A stretch of 64,000 nt of DNA, taken from NCBI GenBank assembly GCA_963804165.1, contig CAWDPO010000019.1, positions 1 through 64,000 of the forward strand, written 5' to 3'. Shown in pieces: positions 38,109 to 47,817 of the stretch. Under the pieces are notes generated by a model. It was not told the DNA's origin. It worked only from the letters and a program-made list of their open reading frames with translations, and searched no databases. Source of the DNA: an uncultured delta proteobacterium. Lineage in GTDB: Bacteria; Desulfobacterota; Binatia; UBA9968. Made by a program: the position numbers and the translations under genes. Within the stretch, counting starts at the first letter, position 1; each line of letters opens with the position of its first letter.

Positions 38109-39673
38109 GAAAAATAACAAGCATCGCGCCGGTACGGATCTCGTATCTGCTTCTGCTCCTCATCTGCGGTATCACCCTCGCCGATCATTCTATCGAGCTC
38201 TTCGATATGGCGCTGGCCCGGATACGCTATCCCTATGAGCTCAATTACACTGAAGGATCCATTCTCTGCCAGATTCAAGACTTGGTCGGCGAAGCTTCGC
38301 TCTACGGGAAAGTCGGCGCGCGTCCCTATACGTTCACCGTCTACCCGCCGCTCTATCATGCGGTCACCGCAGCTCTCTCCACGCAAATTGGAGATGCCGT
38401 ACTGGCAGGACGGACGCTTTCTTTTGCGTGCGCGCTGGTTCTCGCACTCGTCCTCGCTGCCCTCATTTTTCGCCTTGGCGCTAGCGCCCCCGCTCTTATC
38501 CGGTGGGCTGCCGCAATGATTACCGCAGTGTCGTTTTTGGCAACCGGCCCCGTCGTCGATGCAGCGACTTCCATGCGAGTGGATATGCTGGCGCTGACCC
38601 TGGCCGTGTGCGGTCTCTACCTGTTCCTCAGCTCCTCCAGCACCGGTGGCAAGGCGGTGGCTCTGGTTTTCTTTATTCTCGCCCTGCTGGCCAAACACAC
38701 GGCAATCGCCGCGCCCGCCGCATGCATTTTCGGCAGCGCAATGATCAGGCCACGACTAGCGTTGAAGCTCGGCCTCGCGTTTGCGCTTTTGCTGGGAATC
38801 GCGTTCGGCGCGCTGGGTCTGATCTTTGGCGACGCGGTTTACTTCCACATCTTCCGCGCGAACGCCCTCTCGTACCGTCTACTTCAGGCGGTCAAAGTGG
38901 TCTGGCGGTTCAATATCCAGTATTCCGTTCTCGCAGTCACCGGAATTGGCGCTTTAATTTATTTCGTGTGGAACATGCTGATGGCACAACGCACGCAAGC
39001 CGTTTGCGCCAAAAAATGGACGCTGCTTGTCTATTGTGTCATCGCAGGAGCTTCCCTGCTCGGTACCGGTCGGGTTGGCACCGCCGCCAATCATCTGCTC
39101 GAAGTCACTGTCGCTCTTTGCCTGCTCAGCGGGCTTGCCGTACTTTGGACCGGTAGCTATCTGTGGACCCGAGCGCCGCAATCGACATGGCTGCTGCCGA
39201 CGGCTTTCGCGATGGTGCTGCCGACCGCACTGGTCTGGCAGGCCACACAAAACACGCCTCCGCAGCGATTCTCCATGCCCGACTATAGTCCAACCTCGCT
39301 GTGGGTGCGCGAGACCCTTCTCGATCGTATCCGGGCAACGCCGGGACCGGTATTCGGCGTCACACAGTTTCTCGTTTGCAGGGCGGGAAAGCCGGCGCAG
39401 ATCAATACCTTCATGGTGGCGCAGCTTGCCCGGATCGGCGTTTGGGACGCCCGTCTGTTTCGAGACGACATCCGTCGCAAGGAATTCGCGCTCGTGTTTC
39501 TCGATTTCGATCTGATGGGGGAACGCTACAAAGGGCAGCGATTCACGCCGGAGATCCTTGACGCTCTTCGCGAGAACTATCGACCAGACGAGCGGCTCGG
39601 CCCATACCATCTTTATCGTCCCGTTGCCGTGAGCGCTCTCTCTACAGCAGCGCACGCCCTAGGGGAGCCTTAG
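38105..39673 (+). CDS. GT-C-fold (ArnT/PMT-like) membrane glycosyltransferase-like protein
   Basis: YPYELNYTEG, YPPLY, GR, RVDML, K motifs; about 11 TM segments; start overlaps the upstream stop. Confidence 0.65.
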   Translation: MRKITSIAPVRISYLLLLLICGITLADHSIELFDMALARIRYPYELNYTEGSILCQIQDLVGEASLYGKVGARPYTFTVYPPLYHAVTAALSTQIGDAVLAGRTLSFACALVLALVLAALIFRLGASAPALIRWAAAMITAVSFLATGPVVDAATSMRVDMLALTLAVCGLYLFLSSSSTGGKAVALVFFILALLAKHTAIAAPAACIFGSAMIRPRLALKLGLAFALLLGIAFGALGLIFGDAVYFHIFRANALSYRLLQAVKVVWRFNIQYSVLAVTGIGALIYFVWNMLMAQRTQAVCAKKWTLLVYCVIAGASLLGTGRVGTAANHLLEVTVALCLLSGLAVLWTGSYLWTRAPQSTWLLPTAFAMVLPTALVWQATQNTPPQRFSMPDYSPTSLWVRETLLDRIRATPGPVFGVTQFLVCRAGKPAQINTFMVAQLARIGVWDARLFRDDIRRKEFALVFLDFDLMGERYKGQRFTPEILDALRENYRPDERLGPYHLYRPVAVSALSTAAHALGEP

Positions 39674-39801
39674 GTCACTTCAGACGCGAAGTCGCGATGA
39701 GTGAGAATTTCGTGAAACGTCGCAATGCCGGATGGCCATTTTTGTTGGAACGAGGGCAACGTCTTTGTGATACACGTGCGATCTATCAACAGGTCAATTA
39801 A

Positions 39802-40988
39802 GGAATCTCTGAACAAGCCCTTGAGTAATGTCGTCTAATATCGAAAAGCAGCAAGACCGACAATGGTAGAGGAGGAAACAGATTGAAGGAGCAGACAACG
39901 TTTGCGAGTTTAGCGTGGGCGGGAAAGAAAAAGCAGACCAAGCGAGAGAAGTTTTTGTCTGAGATGGATCAAGTGGTGCCGTGGGAGAAATTGCTGGCGT
40001 TGATCGAAGCGCACTATCCCAAAGCCGGCAGTGGACGGCGACCGATGCCGTTGGAACGGATGCTACGGATATACTTTGTGCAGCAGTGGTACGGGTTGTC
40101 CGATCCCGGGATGGAAGAAGCGTTGTACGACATCGAGTCGGTGCGGCGATTTGCCGGGATAGAGTTGGGGGAAGAAGAAATTCCCGATGAGACCACGATT
40201 TTAAACTTTCGCCACTTACTGGAAAAGCACCAGTTAACCGAGAAGCTGTTGGAAGAGGTCAACGGGTATTTGAGCGAGAAAAGGCTTTTGCTCAGACAAG
40301 GCACGATCGTAGACGCCACGCTGATCGGTGCGCCGTCCTCGACCAAGAACAAGGACAAGAAACGCGACGGGGAGATGAGTTCGACCAAGAAGGGCAACAA
40401 CTACCACTTCGGCATGAAGGTGCACACGGGAACGGACAGTCAGAGCGGTTTGGTGCACACGGTCAAAGTGACCACGGCCAGTGTGCATGACAAGCAGGAG
40501 ATGGAAGCGCTCCTTCATGGAGAAGAGCAAGCGGTGTTTGCCGACAAGGGTTACTTCAGCGACCAGGATAAGCGCTCAGCGAGAAAGACGGGACTATTCT
40601 GGGGCGTGTTGGACAAGGCCAAGAGCAAAAAGAGCTTGAGCCATAAGCAGCGGCGCAGAAACAGAAAACTGTCCAGTATACGGGCCAAGGTGGAGCATCC
40701 GTTTCGGGTGGTCAAGCGCCAGTTCGGCTACATCAAGACCCGGTATCGGGGATTGAAGAAAAACGCGGCACAGATCTACACGCTGTTTGCGCTGGCCAAT
40801 CTGTATCGAGTGCGCCGTGCTTTGTTGGCGTAGTCCGATGGGGAGGAGCTTGGGCCGTCCACAAACGCATTGAGTGGCCAAGAAATCGAGGCAAACCCCA
40901 TCCGATGTAATCACCGAGCCGCTTAGTCAACATGAAACAGTTTTAAATAATCGCCCCCTTCCAAATAACGTAGTTATTCAGAGGTTCC
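39802..40988 (+). mobile_element. Complete IS5-family insertion sequence (1187 bp)
   Basis: TIRs GGAATCTCTGAACAA / GGAACCTCTGAATAA (13/15 identical); TTAA duplicated at 39798-39801 and 40989-40992. Confidence 0.95.
39883..40833 (+). CDS. IS5-family DDE transposase
   Basis: PDETTILNFR, VDAT, FGMKVH, ADKGY, RAKVEHPF. Confidence 0.97.
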   Translation: MKEQTTFASLAWAGKKKQTKREKFLSEMDQVVPWEKLLALIEAHYPKAGSGRRPMPLERMLRIYFVQQWYGLSDPGMEEALYDIESVRRFAGIELGEEEIPDETTILNFRHLLEKHQLTEKLLEEVNGYLSEKRLLLRQGTIVDATLIGAPSSTKNKDKKRDGEMSSTKKGNNYHFGMKVHTGTDSQSGLVHTVKVTTASVHDKQEMEALLHGEEQAVFADKGYFSDQDKRSARKTGLFWGVLDKAKSKKSLSHKQRRRNRKLSSIRAKVEHPFRVVKRQFGYIKTRYRGLKKNAAQIYTLFALANLYRVRRALLA

Positions 40989-41102
40989 TTAAGACTTCGG
41001 CCACCGAAAGTGGCTGTTACGTCGCTATCCCGGTGCGGTACTCCGATGAAACGTTAGTCGGTCCAGATAGCATTTGATCATGCCACCACACATTGTGCTG
41101 AA

Positions 41103-41969
41103 TCAGAAATTCTCGCGGACCCGTAAATAACTGGCAAACCGCGGCAAGCCCGATTGAGTCAGGCCGCGGTAAGTGTAAGTGACGGTCATGCCCAACCGCG
41201 GGGGATTCTTGCGCACTTCATCGCTGAATCCTGTGCCGATCAGAAATTTCTTGCCGTCCGGCATTTGCACGCGCAGGGCGCCGAGCATGCCCTGGTATTT
41301 GCCCTTGCCGGATACATGTTCAATCACCACCGCCTCGGTGTCTTGCAACGGCTTGAGCTTGAGCAAAACATCGCTGCGGCCGGTCACATAATCCGCGTCT
41401 GCCAGATGCAACATGAGCCCTTCGCCGCCGCCACGCACAACGTCGTCCAGTTTGCGTTTGAGCGCCGCGCGGTCAGCCACACGAAATTGCTCCACCGCAA
41501 GTAACTGTGGCCAGTGCGTGCCGGCGACAATTTCTTTAATGCGCTGTGCTCGCTCGGTGAAAGTTCCGGGTGCATTCGGTAGCTCGAAGATCATGTACTT
41601 GAGCTGCCGCCATTCCTCGTCCTGGGGCTCGCTCTTGCGTACGATGCCCGAGAGCGCCTCAAATCGTCCCCGCGCCAGCCATAGCTCACCGTCGAGAGCC
41701 TGCGCGGGCAGTTTAGCGATAAACCACGGCGGCGCGTTGACCACGCGACCGCTGCGAAAACGCAGCACCTCGCCGTCCCAAATAGCGCGCACGCCGTCGT
41801 ATTTTTCGCTGATGAGATATTTGGCCGGGTCAATCTGCGGCCCAAGCTCGTTGGCCAACAACAAAGCCGGCGTTCCACTCGATGCTCCGGCGCTGACAGC
41901 GCTGTGCATGGGTGTGATCAGCGCCAACATCAACAGAATAATGGAGAAGCCGTTAGAAACGGTCTGCAT
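41103..41969 (-). CDS. Minimal ATP-dependent DNA ligase with signal peptide (Lig E type)
   Basis: SEKYDGVRA, LDGELW, GEGLML, LKLK, GTGF, PRFA; hydrophobic N-terminus ending in AVSA. Confidence 0.9.
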   Translation of the reverse strand: MQTVSNGFSIILLMLALITPMHSAVSAGASSGTPALLLANELGPQIDPAKYLISEKYDGVRAIWDGEVLRFRSGRVVNAPPWFIAKLPAQALDGELWLARGRFEALSGIVRKSEPQDEEWRQLKYMIFELPNAPGTFTERAQRIKEIVAGTHWPQLLAVEQFRVADRAALKRKLDDVVRGGGEGLMLHLADADYVTGRSDVLLKLKPLQDTEAVVIEHVSGKGKYQGMLGALRVQMPDGKKFLIGTGFSDEVRKNPPRLGMTVTYTYRGLTQSGLPRFASYLRVRENF

Positions 41970-42099
41970 AGGATAGCTGTGGATCAGGCCGTCCAGCCAA
42001 GGCGCAGTTTTACGCCAAGGTCTGCGCGATCGGCAAGCTCGACTTTCGCTGATCTAAAGTATGGGATGTGAAATGGGTAATCTAAAATGCCCGCAACGC

Positions 42100-43476
42100 C
42101 TAAGCTTCGTCCGCTTCATCGAAACGAACATCATCCCGTTCCGTGTAGTTCTCGAAGCGCGTGTACTCGGCAAGAAACGCGAGGGTTATCGTTCCGGTGG
42201 GGCCGTTACGCTGTTTCTCGACGATGACTTCCGCTTTACCCTTCACATCGTCGTTGTTTTTGTCATAGAGCTCTTCTCGGTAAATGAACATGATCACATC
42301 CGCATCTTGCTCGATGGCTCCGGATTCACGAAGGTCCGACATCTGCGGCTTTCTCCCGGTCCGATCTTCGACCTTGCGATTGAGCTGCGACAACGCGATC
42401 ACGGGAACATTCAACTCTTTCGCCAGCGCTTTTAGGGATCGTGAGATTTCAGAGATTTCCTGCTCGCGGTTGTTCGCGTTGCCCATGCCGCGCATGAGCT
42501 GCAAATAATCGACGACGATCAAGCCGACTTTCTTGGATCTGTCGCGCAGTAGACGACGTGCCTTGGCGCGCAATTCCAAAACGGAAATTGCCGGCGTATC
42601 GTCGATATAAATCGGCGCCTCGTGGAGCCGTCCCGCCGCCTTGGCGAGCTGCGGAAAGTCGCGCTCGCCCAGATATCCGGACCGTACCTTCGAGCTGTTG
42701 ACCCGCGCTTCCGAACAGAGCATGCGCAAAACCAATTGCTCCTTGGCCATCTCCAGAGAAAAGATTGCTGCACCGACGCCGGAATAGGCGGCGTTTGCCG
42801 CAATATTGAGAGCGAATGCGGTTTTGCCCATACCGGGACGGCCGGCGACGATGATCAATTCCGCGGGCTGAAGTCCGGCCGTGATCTTATCGAGATCCTC
42901 GTAACCGGTGGGCACGCCGGTGACCATCTCCTTGCGCTGGTAGAGTTTGTCGATGGTCTTGAGCGTGTCCGTGATCATGTCGCCGACGGCGACAAAAGAG
43001 GCTTTGATTTTCTTCTCGGAAATATCGAAGATGACTTTTTCCGCGCTGTCGAGAAATTCTTCGACGCTGCCCTGCTCCTCGTAGCCCCGCGTCGCAATTT
43101 CGGTTGCGGTGCTGATCAGGCTGCGAAGAATGGCCTTTTCGCGCACGATGCGGGCGTAATACGAAATATTCGCGGCCGTCGGCACGAAATCAGCCAGCGC
43201 CGCCAGATAGGCGCTGCCGCCCACCGCTTCCAACTCGTTTTTGCTCTTTAAGAAATCGCTTAGAGTGATCAGGTCCACCGGCTCGTTCCGGTCCGTGATC
43301 TCGATCATGGCGCGAAAGATTTTGCGGTGCGACTCGCGGTAAAAATCTTCGGGGCGTAAAAGTTCCAAGACCGAATTGATCGCTTCGTTGTCGAGCAAGA
43401 TGCCGCCTAGGACCGAGGACTCGGCTTCCAGGTTTTGCGGCGGGACTTTGCGCAGGTTATCTTCTAACGCGGCCAT
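42100..43476 (-). CDS. dnaB: Replicative DNA helicase
   Basis: GRPGMGKT, VDYLQL, LRESGAIEQDAD, KQRNGPTG. Confidence 0.98.
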   Translation of the reverse strand: MAALEDNLRKVPPQNLEAESSVLGGILLDNEAINSVLELLRPEDFYRESHRKIFRAMIEITDRNEPVDLITLSDFLKSKNELEAVGGSAYLAALADFVPTAANISYYARIVREKAILRSLISTATEIATRGYEEQGSVEEFLDSAEKVIFDISEKKIKASFVAVGDMITDTLKTIDKLYQRKEMVTGVPTGYEDLDKITAGLQPAELIIVAGRPGMGKTAFALNIAANAAYSGVGAAIFSLEMAKEQLVLRMLCSEARVNSSKVRSGYLGERDFPQLAKAAGRLHEAPIYIDDTPAISVLELRAKARRLLRDRSKKVGLIVVDYLQLMRGMGNANNREQEISEISRSLKALAKELNVPVIALSQLNRKVEDRTGRKPQMSDLRESGAIEQDADVIMFIYREELYDKNNDDVKGKAEVIVEKQRNGPTGTITLAFLAEYTRFENYTERDDVRFDEADEA

Positions 43477-43701
43477 GGCTTCGATGCTAGTTTTTCAATT
43501 ACGAGATCGACGATACGGGGATGACTAGTTCAGACATGCTGTGAGTGACGGAAATGTAACTGAACGAAATTAAAATGCAAGATAATTTTCTACCAAAAGC
43601 AAAAAAACTTTTTGCGAGACGCCAAGAAAAAGTTTTTTTCGGCAAAGGTCGGTCAGGAATATCGCCGTAAGCGCTGGCGCGTCAACACGGGAAGCAACAG
43701 C

Positions 43702-43721
43702 TTTTGCACAGCTTATTCACA
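43702..43721 (+). promoter_or_regulatory. Tandem DnaA boxes upstream of dnaB
   Basis: TTTTGCACA (43702-43710) and TTATTCACA (43713-43721) both fit TTWTNCACA. Confidence 0.55.
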
Positions 43722-43786
43722 TGCCGTCTGAAATTCCGCAGATCATAAAACTGTGGCGAAACCCACCGTCCTTCACGTGATAAAAA

Positions 43787-44143
43787 TCAGGACTCCGTGT
43801 AGGTCGCCGTCACTGTGGTATGGATCCCTCCGCGCACGTTGAAGTCGCCGACCACGGTCATCTTGCGCGGCTGGCAGGCTTGAACGAGATCGTCGAGAAT
43901 CTTGTTCACCACGGCTTCGTGAAAAGCGCCTTCGTTACGATAGGACCAGAGATAAAGCTTCAGGGCCTTGAGCTCCACGCAGAGTTTGTCGGGGATGTAG
44001 GTCACTCGGATCGTGGCAAAATCCGGCTGTCCCGTGCGCGGACAGACGCAAGTGAATTCCGGGCATTCCATGTTGATCTCGTAATCGCGCTCGGGCCTCG
44101 GATTGGCGAAGGTTTCCAGCGCGGTGCTTGGAGTCGACGGCAT
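43787..44143 (-). CDS. queF: NADPH-dependent preQ0 reductase (type I)
   Basis: [31 protein letters not shown]. Confidence 0.95.
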   Translation of the reverse strand: MPSTPSTALETFANPRPERDYEINMECPEFTCVCPRTGQPDFATIRVTYIPDKLCVELKALKLYLWSYRNEGAFHEAVVNKILDDLVQACQPRKMTVVGDFNVRGGIHTTVTATYTES

Positions 44144-44245
44144 GCATCTATCTTAGCTTGCGGCAAAACCATTTCCAAATCGCCGAGTTAACTTGACTTG
44201 GCCGGAGGCCGATGATAACCGCTAAAAGCAGGATATTTTTGGAGG

Positions 44246-45049
44246 ATGATTACGGTGAGCAAGCCCAAGGAGCCGCAGGCGGGAGAAAAGCTCAGCGAAG
44301 CCGAAGCCAAAGCCTACGTCGATTATCTCTACTCAACGCTTTACAAATACGCCCATGAAAAAATCTTCAAGGGCGCTTTCATGACCCAATTGCGTGAAGG
44401 CAAATTGCCGCTGCCGGTGATGCGTCAGTTTTTCAAAAACTGGGGCCATTTTTCTTTGGAAGTGAACGCGCTCAATGCGGTGTCCTATTACACGCATCTG
44501 CCTTTCTTCGTGCGCAATTTCGATTTACTCGGTCCCTTCTGTGCGAAAATCGCCGATGAATTGATTTCCCCCAGAGCGCCGGGGCATGTTTTGGTGCTGC
44601 TCCAGACGGCGGAAAAAATGGGCCTCAACAAAAAAGAAGTGTTGGAAGATCCGTATCTCCCTGCCGCCCGCGCGATCAACGATTTCTGTCACAAGATTTT
44701 CATCGACGGGTCGATTATCGAGCTCTGGGGATTGCATGTTTTCGAAGAGTCCCTCTCCATGTGGTCGGGTCAATGGTTCACCGCGCTCACGACGTATTAC
44801 GGTTTCACCAAGCAGGACGCCGTTTATTTCTCCACTCACGAAGAAGCCGACATGGACACGCACAAGCTCGGCGAGGACGGCGAGGAGGCGATGGGGCACG
44901 GCGCATTTAACCGCACGGTGCTGACCCGCGCGCTTCAGGAAAGCGTAGAGTTCCGCACGGGTTATTCGATGGAGTATTGCGCGCTGACGATGGTCGACCT
45001 GCACGCCCAGATGAAACAAGCAGCCCTGGACAACCCTTACAATCCCTGA
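44246..45049 (+). CDS. Heme-oxygenase-like diiron enzyme (PqqC/CADD/TenA superfamily)
   Basis: DE..PGH, FEE and YFSTHEEAD..H ligand pattern. Confidence 0.7.
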   Translation: MITVSKPKEPQAGEKLSEAEAKAYVDYLYSTLYKYAHEKIFKGAFMTQLREGKLPLPVMRQFFKNWGHFSLEVNALNAVSYYTHLPFFVRNFDLLGPFCAKIADELISPRAPGHVLVLLQTAEKMGLNKKEVLEDPYLPAARAINDFCHKIFIDGSIIELWGLHVFEESLSMWSGQWFTALTTYYGFTKQDAVYFSTHEEADMDTHKLGEDGEEAMGHGAFNRTVLTRALQESVEFRTGYSMEYCALTMVDLHAQMKQAALDNPYNP

Positions 45050-45289
45050 AATCGAACTGATCCACGCCGTGCTCATGAGCCGATCCGTTCGGCGCCGGGT
45101 GATGCAGCTCGACAACTTTGGATGGCGCGGTCGAACAGTATCCCTTCACATCTATTCACTTTAGACGATGGCTTGCAGACTGCTTTCAGGTAGGGCACGA
45201 TTGCCATCGATCCGCAATCAATCACGGTCGCGGCCTTAATAAATCAGGCAACGATAAAAATGAACCGGCACCGATGCCTGGAACACTAG

Positions 45290-47005
45290 ATGAGTGATAG
45301 CGAACTCGATCCCCTGCGCTCGATCCTCGCCGAGTTGGCGCCGCAAGGCCGCGCTGCGCTTTTGCCAGCCTTGCACGCCGCACAGCAATTTCACGGCTGG
45401 ATTCCCGAAGCCGTTGCGACTGAGGTGGGCCGCGCCTTGGGCGTACCCCTCGCTGATGTGTACGGCGTCATCGATTTCTACGAGATGCTCTCCCGCGAGC
45501 CGCTCGGCCGAACCGTGGCGCGTGTGTGCGACTCGCCCGCCTGCGCCCTGGCGGGTAGCGATGAATTGGCGAACGCCCTCTGCCGCCATCTGAAAGTTGC
45601 GCCGGGCGAAGTCAGCTCGGACGGTGCGTTCACCGTCGAGCATGCTCCCTGTTTGGGTTTGTGCGATCATGCGCCGGCGCTTCTTGTCGGCGAAACCGCT
45701 CTGGGACAAGGCGATCCCCGCCAAGCAGCGGAGATCTGCGCGCGTAGCGCCGATAAACCGATCAGCTTCGTCGGCGGCGATATCCGCATCCTTACCGGCA
45801 ACTGCGGTCAAGGTCATCCCACCTCTTTTGCCGATTACAGCAGCGGCGGCGGTTACGCCGGACTGAAAAAAGGCGTGACGATGACGTCGCAAGATGTGGT
45901 CGCGGAGCTGAAAACTGCGGGGTTGGTCGGCCGCGGCGGCGCGGCATTTCCCACCGGCATCAAGTGGGAGGGAGCGGCAAAGGCGGCGGGCCAGCCCAAG
46001 TACATCGTGTGCAACGCCGACGAATCCGAGCCCGGGACCTTCAAAGATCGCATTCTCATGGAGGAAGACCCACACCGCACCATCGAAGGGATGATCATCG
46101 CGGCCCATGCCGTGGGCGCCAGTCAGGGTTACATTTACGTGCGCGGAGAATATCCTTACGCCTTCAAAGTCATGAGCGAAGCGGTGGCCGAGGCGCGGCA
46201 GGCCGGCGCCATTGGCAAAAATATTTTGGGTTCCGGATTGGACTTCGATATTGAAATGCGGCTGGGCGCAGGCGCGTATATTTGCGGCGAAGAAACTGCG
46301 CTGTTGGAATCCATCGAAGGCAAGCGCGGTTTCCCGCGCATCAAGCCTCCCTTCCCCACCACTCACGGATTATTCGGCAAGCCCACCGTGATCAACAACG
46401 TGGAAACATTCTGCAACGTCCCGCTGATCATCGAACGCGGCGCCGCAGAGTATCGAAAAATCGGCACGGAACGCTCGCCCGGTCCGAAGCTGTTCTGCGT
46501 GTCAGGCCAGATCCAGAGGCCCGGGCTCTACGAGGTGCCGTTTGGCGTCAGCTTGCGCCATTTGTTGTTCGATCTCGCAGGCGGACTGAAACAGGGGCGC
46601 AAGTTTCAAGCGGTGCTCATGGGTGGCGCCGCGGGCGCATTCGCCGCCGAGAAAGACCTGGATATAATTCTGTCCTTTGAAAACCTGAGCGCCGCCGGCT
46701 TGCCACTCGGATCCGGATCAGTCATGGTCTTCGACGATAGCGCGGACATGCGCGACGTGCTGAAGCGGCTGACGCACTTCTTTGCCGACGAAAGCTGCGG
46801 CAAATGCTATCCCTGCCAGCTTGGCGCGCGCCGGCAGTATGAAATTCTCGACCGGGCCGCAGCCGGGCATTCGCTCGCCGGCGACCGCGAACGCTTATCG
46901 GATGTGGGCGGCACGATGATCGACGCCTCCCTGTGCGGCCTCGGCCAGACGGCGGCGACGGCGGTCCTGAGCGCGATCAAGCTATGGCCGGAGATGTTCA
47001 AATGA
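45290..47005 (+). CDS. Fused NuoE-NuoF-like diaphorase subunit of an NAD-linked formate dehydrogenase
   Basis: CDSPAC..CLGLC [2Fe-2S]; [23 protein letters not shown]; CGKCYPC..C [4Fe-4S]. Confidence 0.92.
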   Translation: MSDSELDPLRSILAELAPQGRAALLPALHAAQQFHGWIPEAVATEVGRALGVPLADVYGVIDFYEMLSREPLGRTVARVCDSPACALAGSDELANALCRHLKVAPGEVSSDGAFTVEHAPCLGLCDHAPALLVGETALGQGDPRQAAEICARSADKPISFVGGDIRILTGNCGQGHPTSFADYSSGGGYAGLKKGVTMTSQDVVAELKTAGLVGRGGAAFPTGIKWEGAAKAAGQPKYIVCNADESEPGTFKDRILMEEDPHRTIEGMIIAAHAVGASQGYIYVRGEYPYAFKVMSEAVAEARQAGAIGKNILGSGLDFDIEMRLGAGAYICGEETALLESIEGKRGFPRIKPPFPTTHGLFGKPTVINNVETFCNVPLIIERGAAEYRKIGTERSPGPKLFCVSGQIQRPGLYEVPFGVSLRHLLFDLAGGLKQGRKFQAVLMGGAAGAFAAEKDLDIILSFENLSAAGLPLGSGSVMVFDDSADMRDVLKRLTHFFADESCGKCYPCQLGARRQYEILDRAAAGHSLAGDRERLSDVGGTMIDASLCGLGQTAATAVLSAIKLWPEMFK

Positions 47006-47020
47006 TACGAGTCGCACAAA

Positions 47021-47100
47021 TTGGAGTGATGGGGTACTGGAGTAATGGAGTGATGCATCCGGACCCAACACTCCATTACTCCACCACTCCAATACTCCAA
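47021..47100. repeat. Inverted cluster of degenerate 8-mer repeats (GGAGTRAT / AYTACTCC)
   Basis: ggagtgatgg..ggagtaatggagtgatg, then actccattactccaccactccaatactcc; also at 63481-63505. Confidence 0.7.
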
Positions 47101-47112
47101 GGGTGATTTTTC

Positions 47113-47817
47113 ATGCCTGATGTAACACTCACCATCGATGCCGAAGCCGTCACCGTGCCCGCGGGGACGACGATCCTCAAGGCCGCGGAGCACCTCGGCC
47201 GGCATGTTCCGACCATTTGCTATCATGACCACTGCACGGCGAACGGGCTCTGCCGCATCTGCGTGGTCGAAGTCGACGGCGTAAAGCCGCTTCTGCCAGC
47301 GTGCTTGAGCCCGGTGAGCGAAGGCATGAAAGTCTCCACCTCGAGCGCGCGCGCCGAGCGCAGCCGCCGCACGATTCTCGAAATGCTCGCTTCCGCCGTA
47401 GATCTTTCTCAGGCGCCGGAAATTAATAAGTTCATCGAAGATTATCGCGCCGACCGCGCGCGCTTTCCCGACGCCGAGCGGCGCGAGGTTCCGGTGCTCG
47501 ATGATAATCCGATGTACATCCGCGACTATTCCAAGTGCATCTTGTGCTGGCGCTGCGTGCAGGTGTGCGCGGACGACGCGCAGTTTACCTTCGCGATCAA
47601 CTTCAAAGGGCGTGGTTTCGACACTGGTATCGGGACTTTCTTCGACAAGCCCATGCCTGAGACGACGTGCGTATTCTGCGGCCAATGCGTCGGCGTCTGT
47701 CCCACCGGCGCGCTGAAGCCCAAGCGCGAGTCGCTGCTCGAGCAGGGAGTTTCCTTGGACGAAATCTTGCAGGCGACTCGCAGCGGCGGGAAGAAGCGTC
47801 GGAGGAAATCGCCATGA
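47113..47817 (+). CDS. Fe-S subunit (NuoG N-terminal-like: [2Fe-2S] + 2x[4Fe-4S])
   Basis: PTIC..CRICVVE..C; CILCWRC..C; [12 protein letters not shown]. Confidence 0.9.
   Translation: MPDVTLTIDAEAVTVPAGTTILKAAEHLGRHVPTICYHDHCTANGLCRICVVEVDGVKPLLPACLSPVSEGMKVSTSSARAERSRRTILEMLASAVDLSQAPEINKFIEDYRADRARFPDAERREVPVLDDNPMYIRDYSKCILCWRCVQVCADDAQFTFAINFKGRGFDTGIGTFFDKPMPETTCVFCGQCVGVCPTGALKPKRESLLEQGVSLDEILQATRSGGKKRRRKSP

Noticed and set aside
44144-44245. preQ1 riboswitch upstream of queF
   Set aside because: No recognisable preQ1 stem-loop with an A-rich tail on the minus strand.
45236-46366. Long antisense/shadow ORFs (e.g. 45236-46366, 48309-49277, 53058-54038)
   Set aside because: They mirror well-supported genes on the opposite strand, as expected in GC-rich DNA, and show no motifs of their own.
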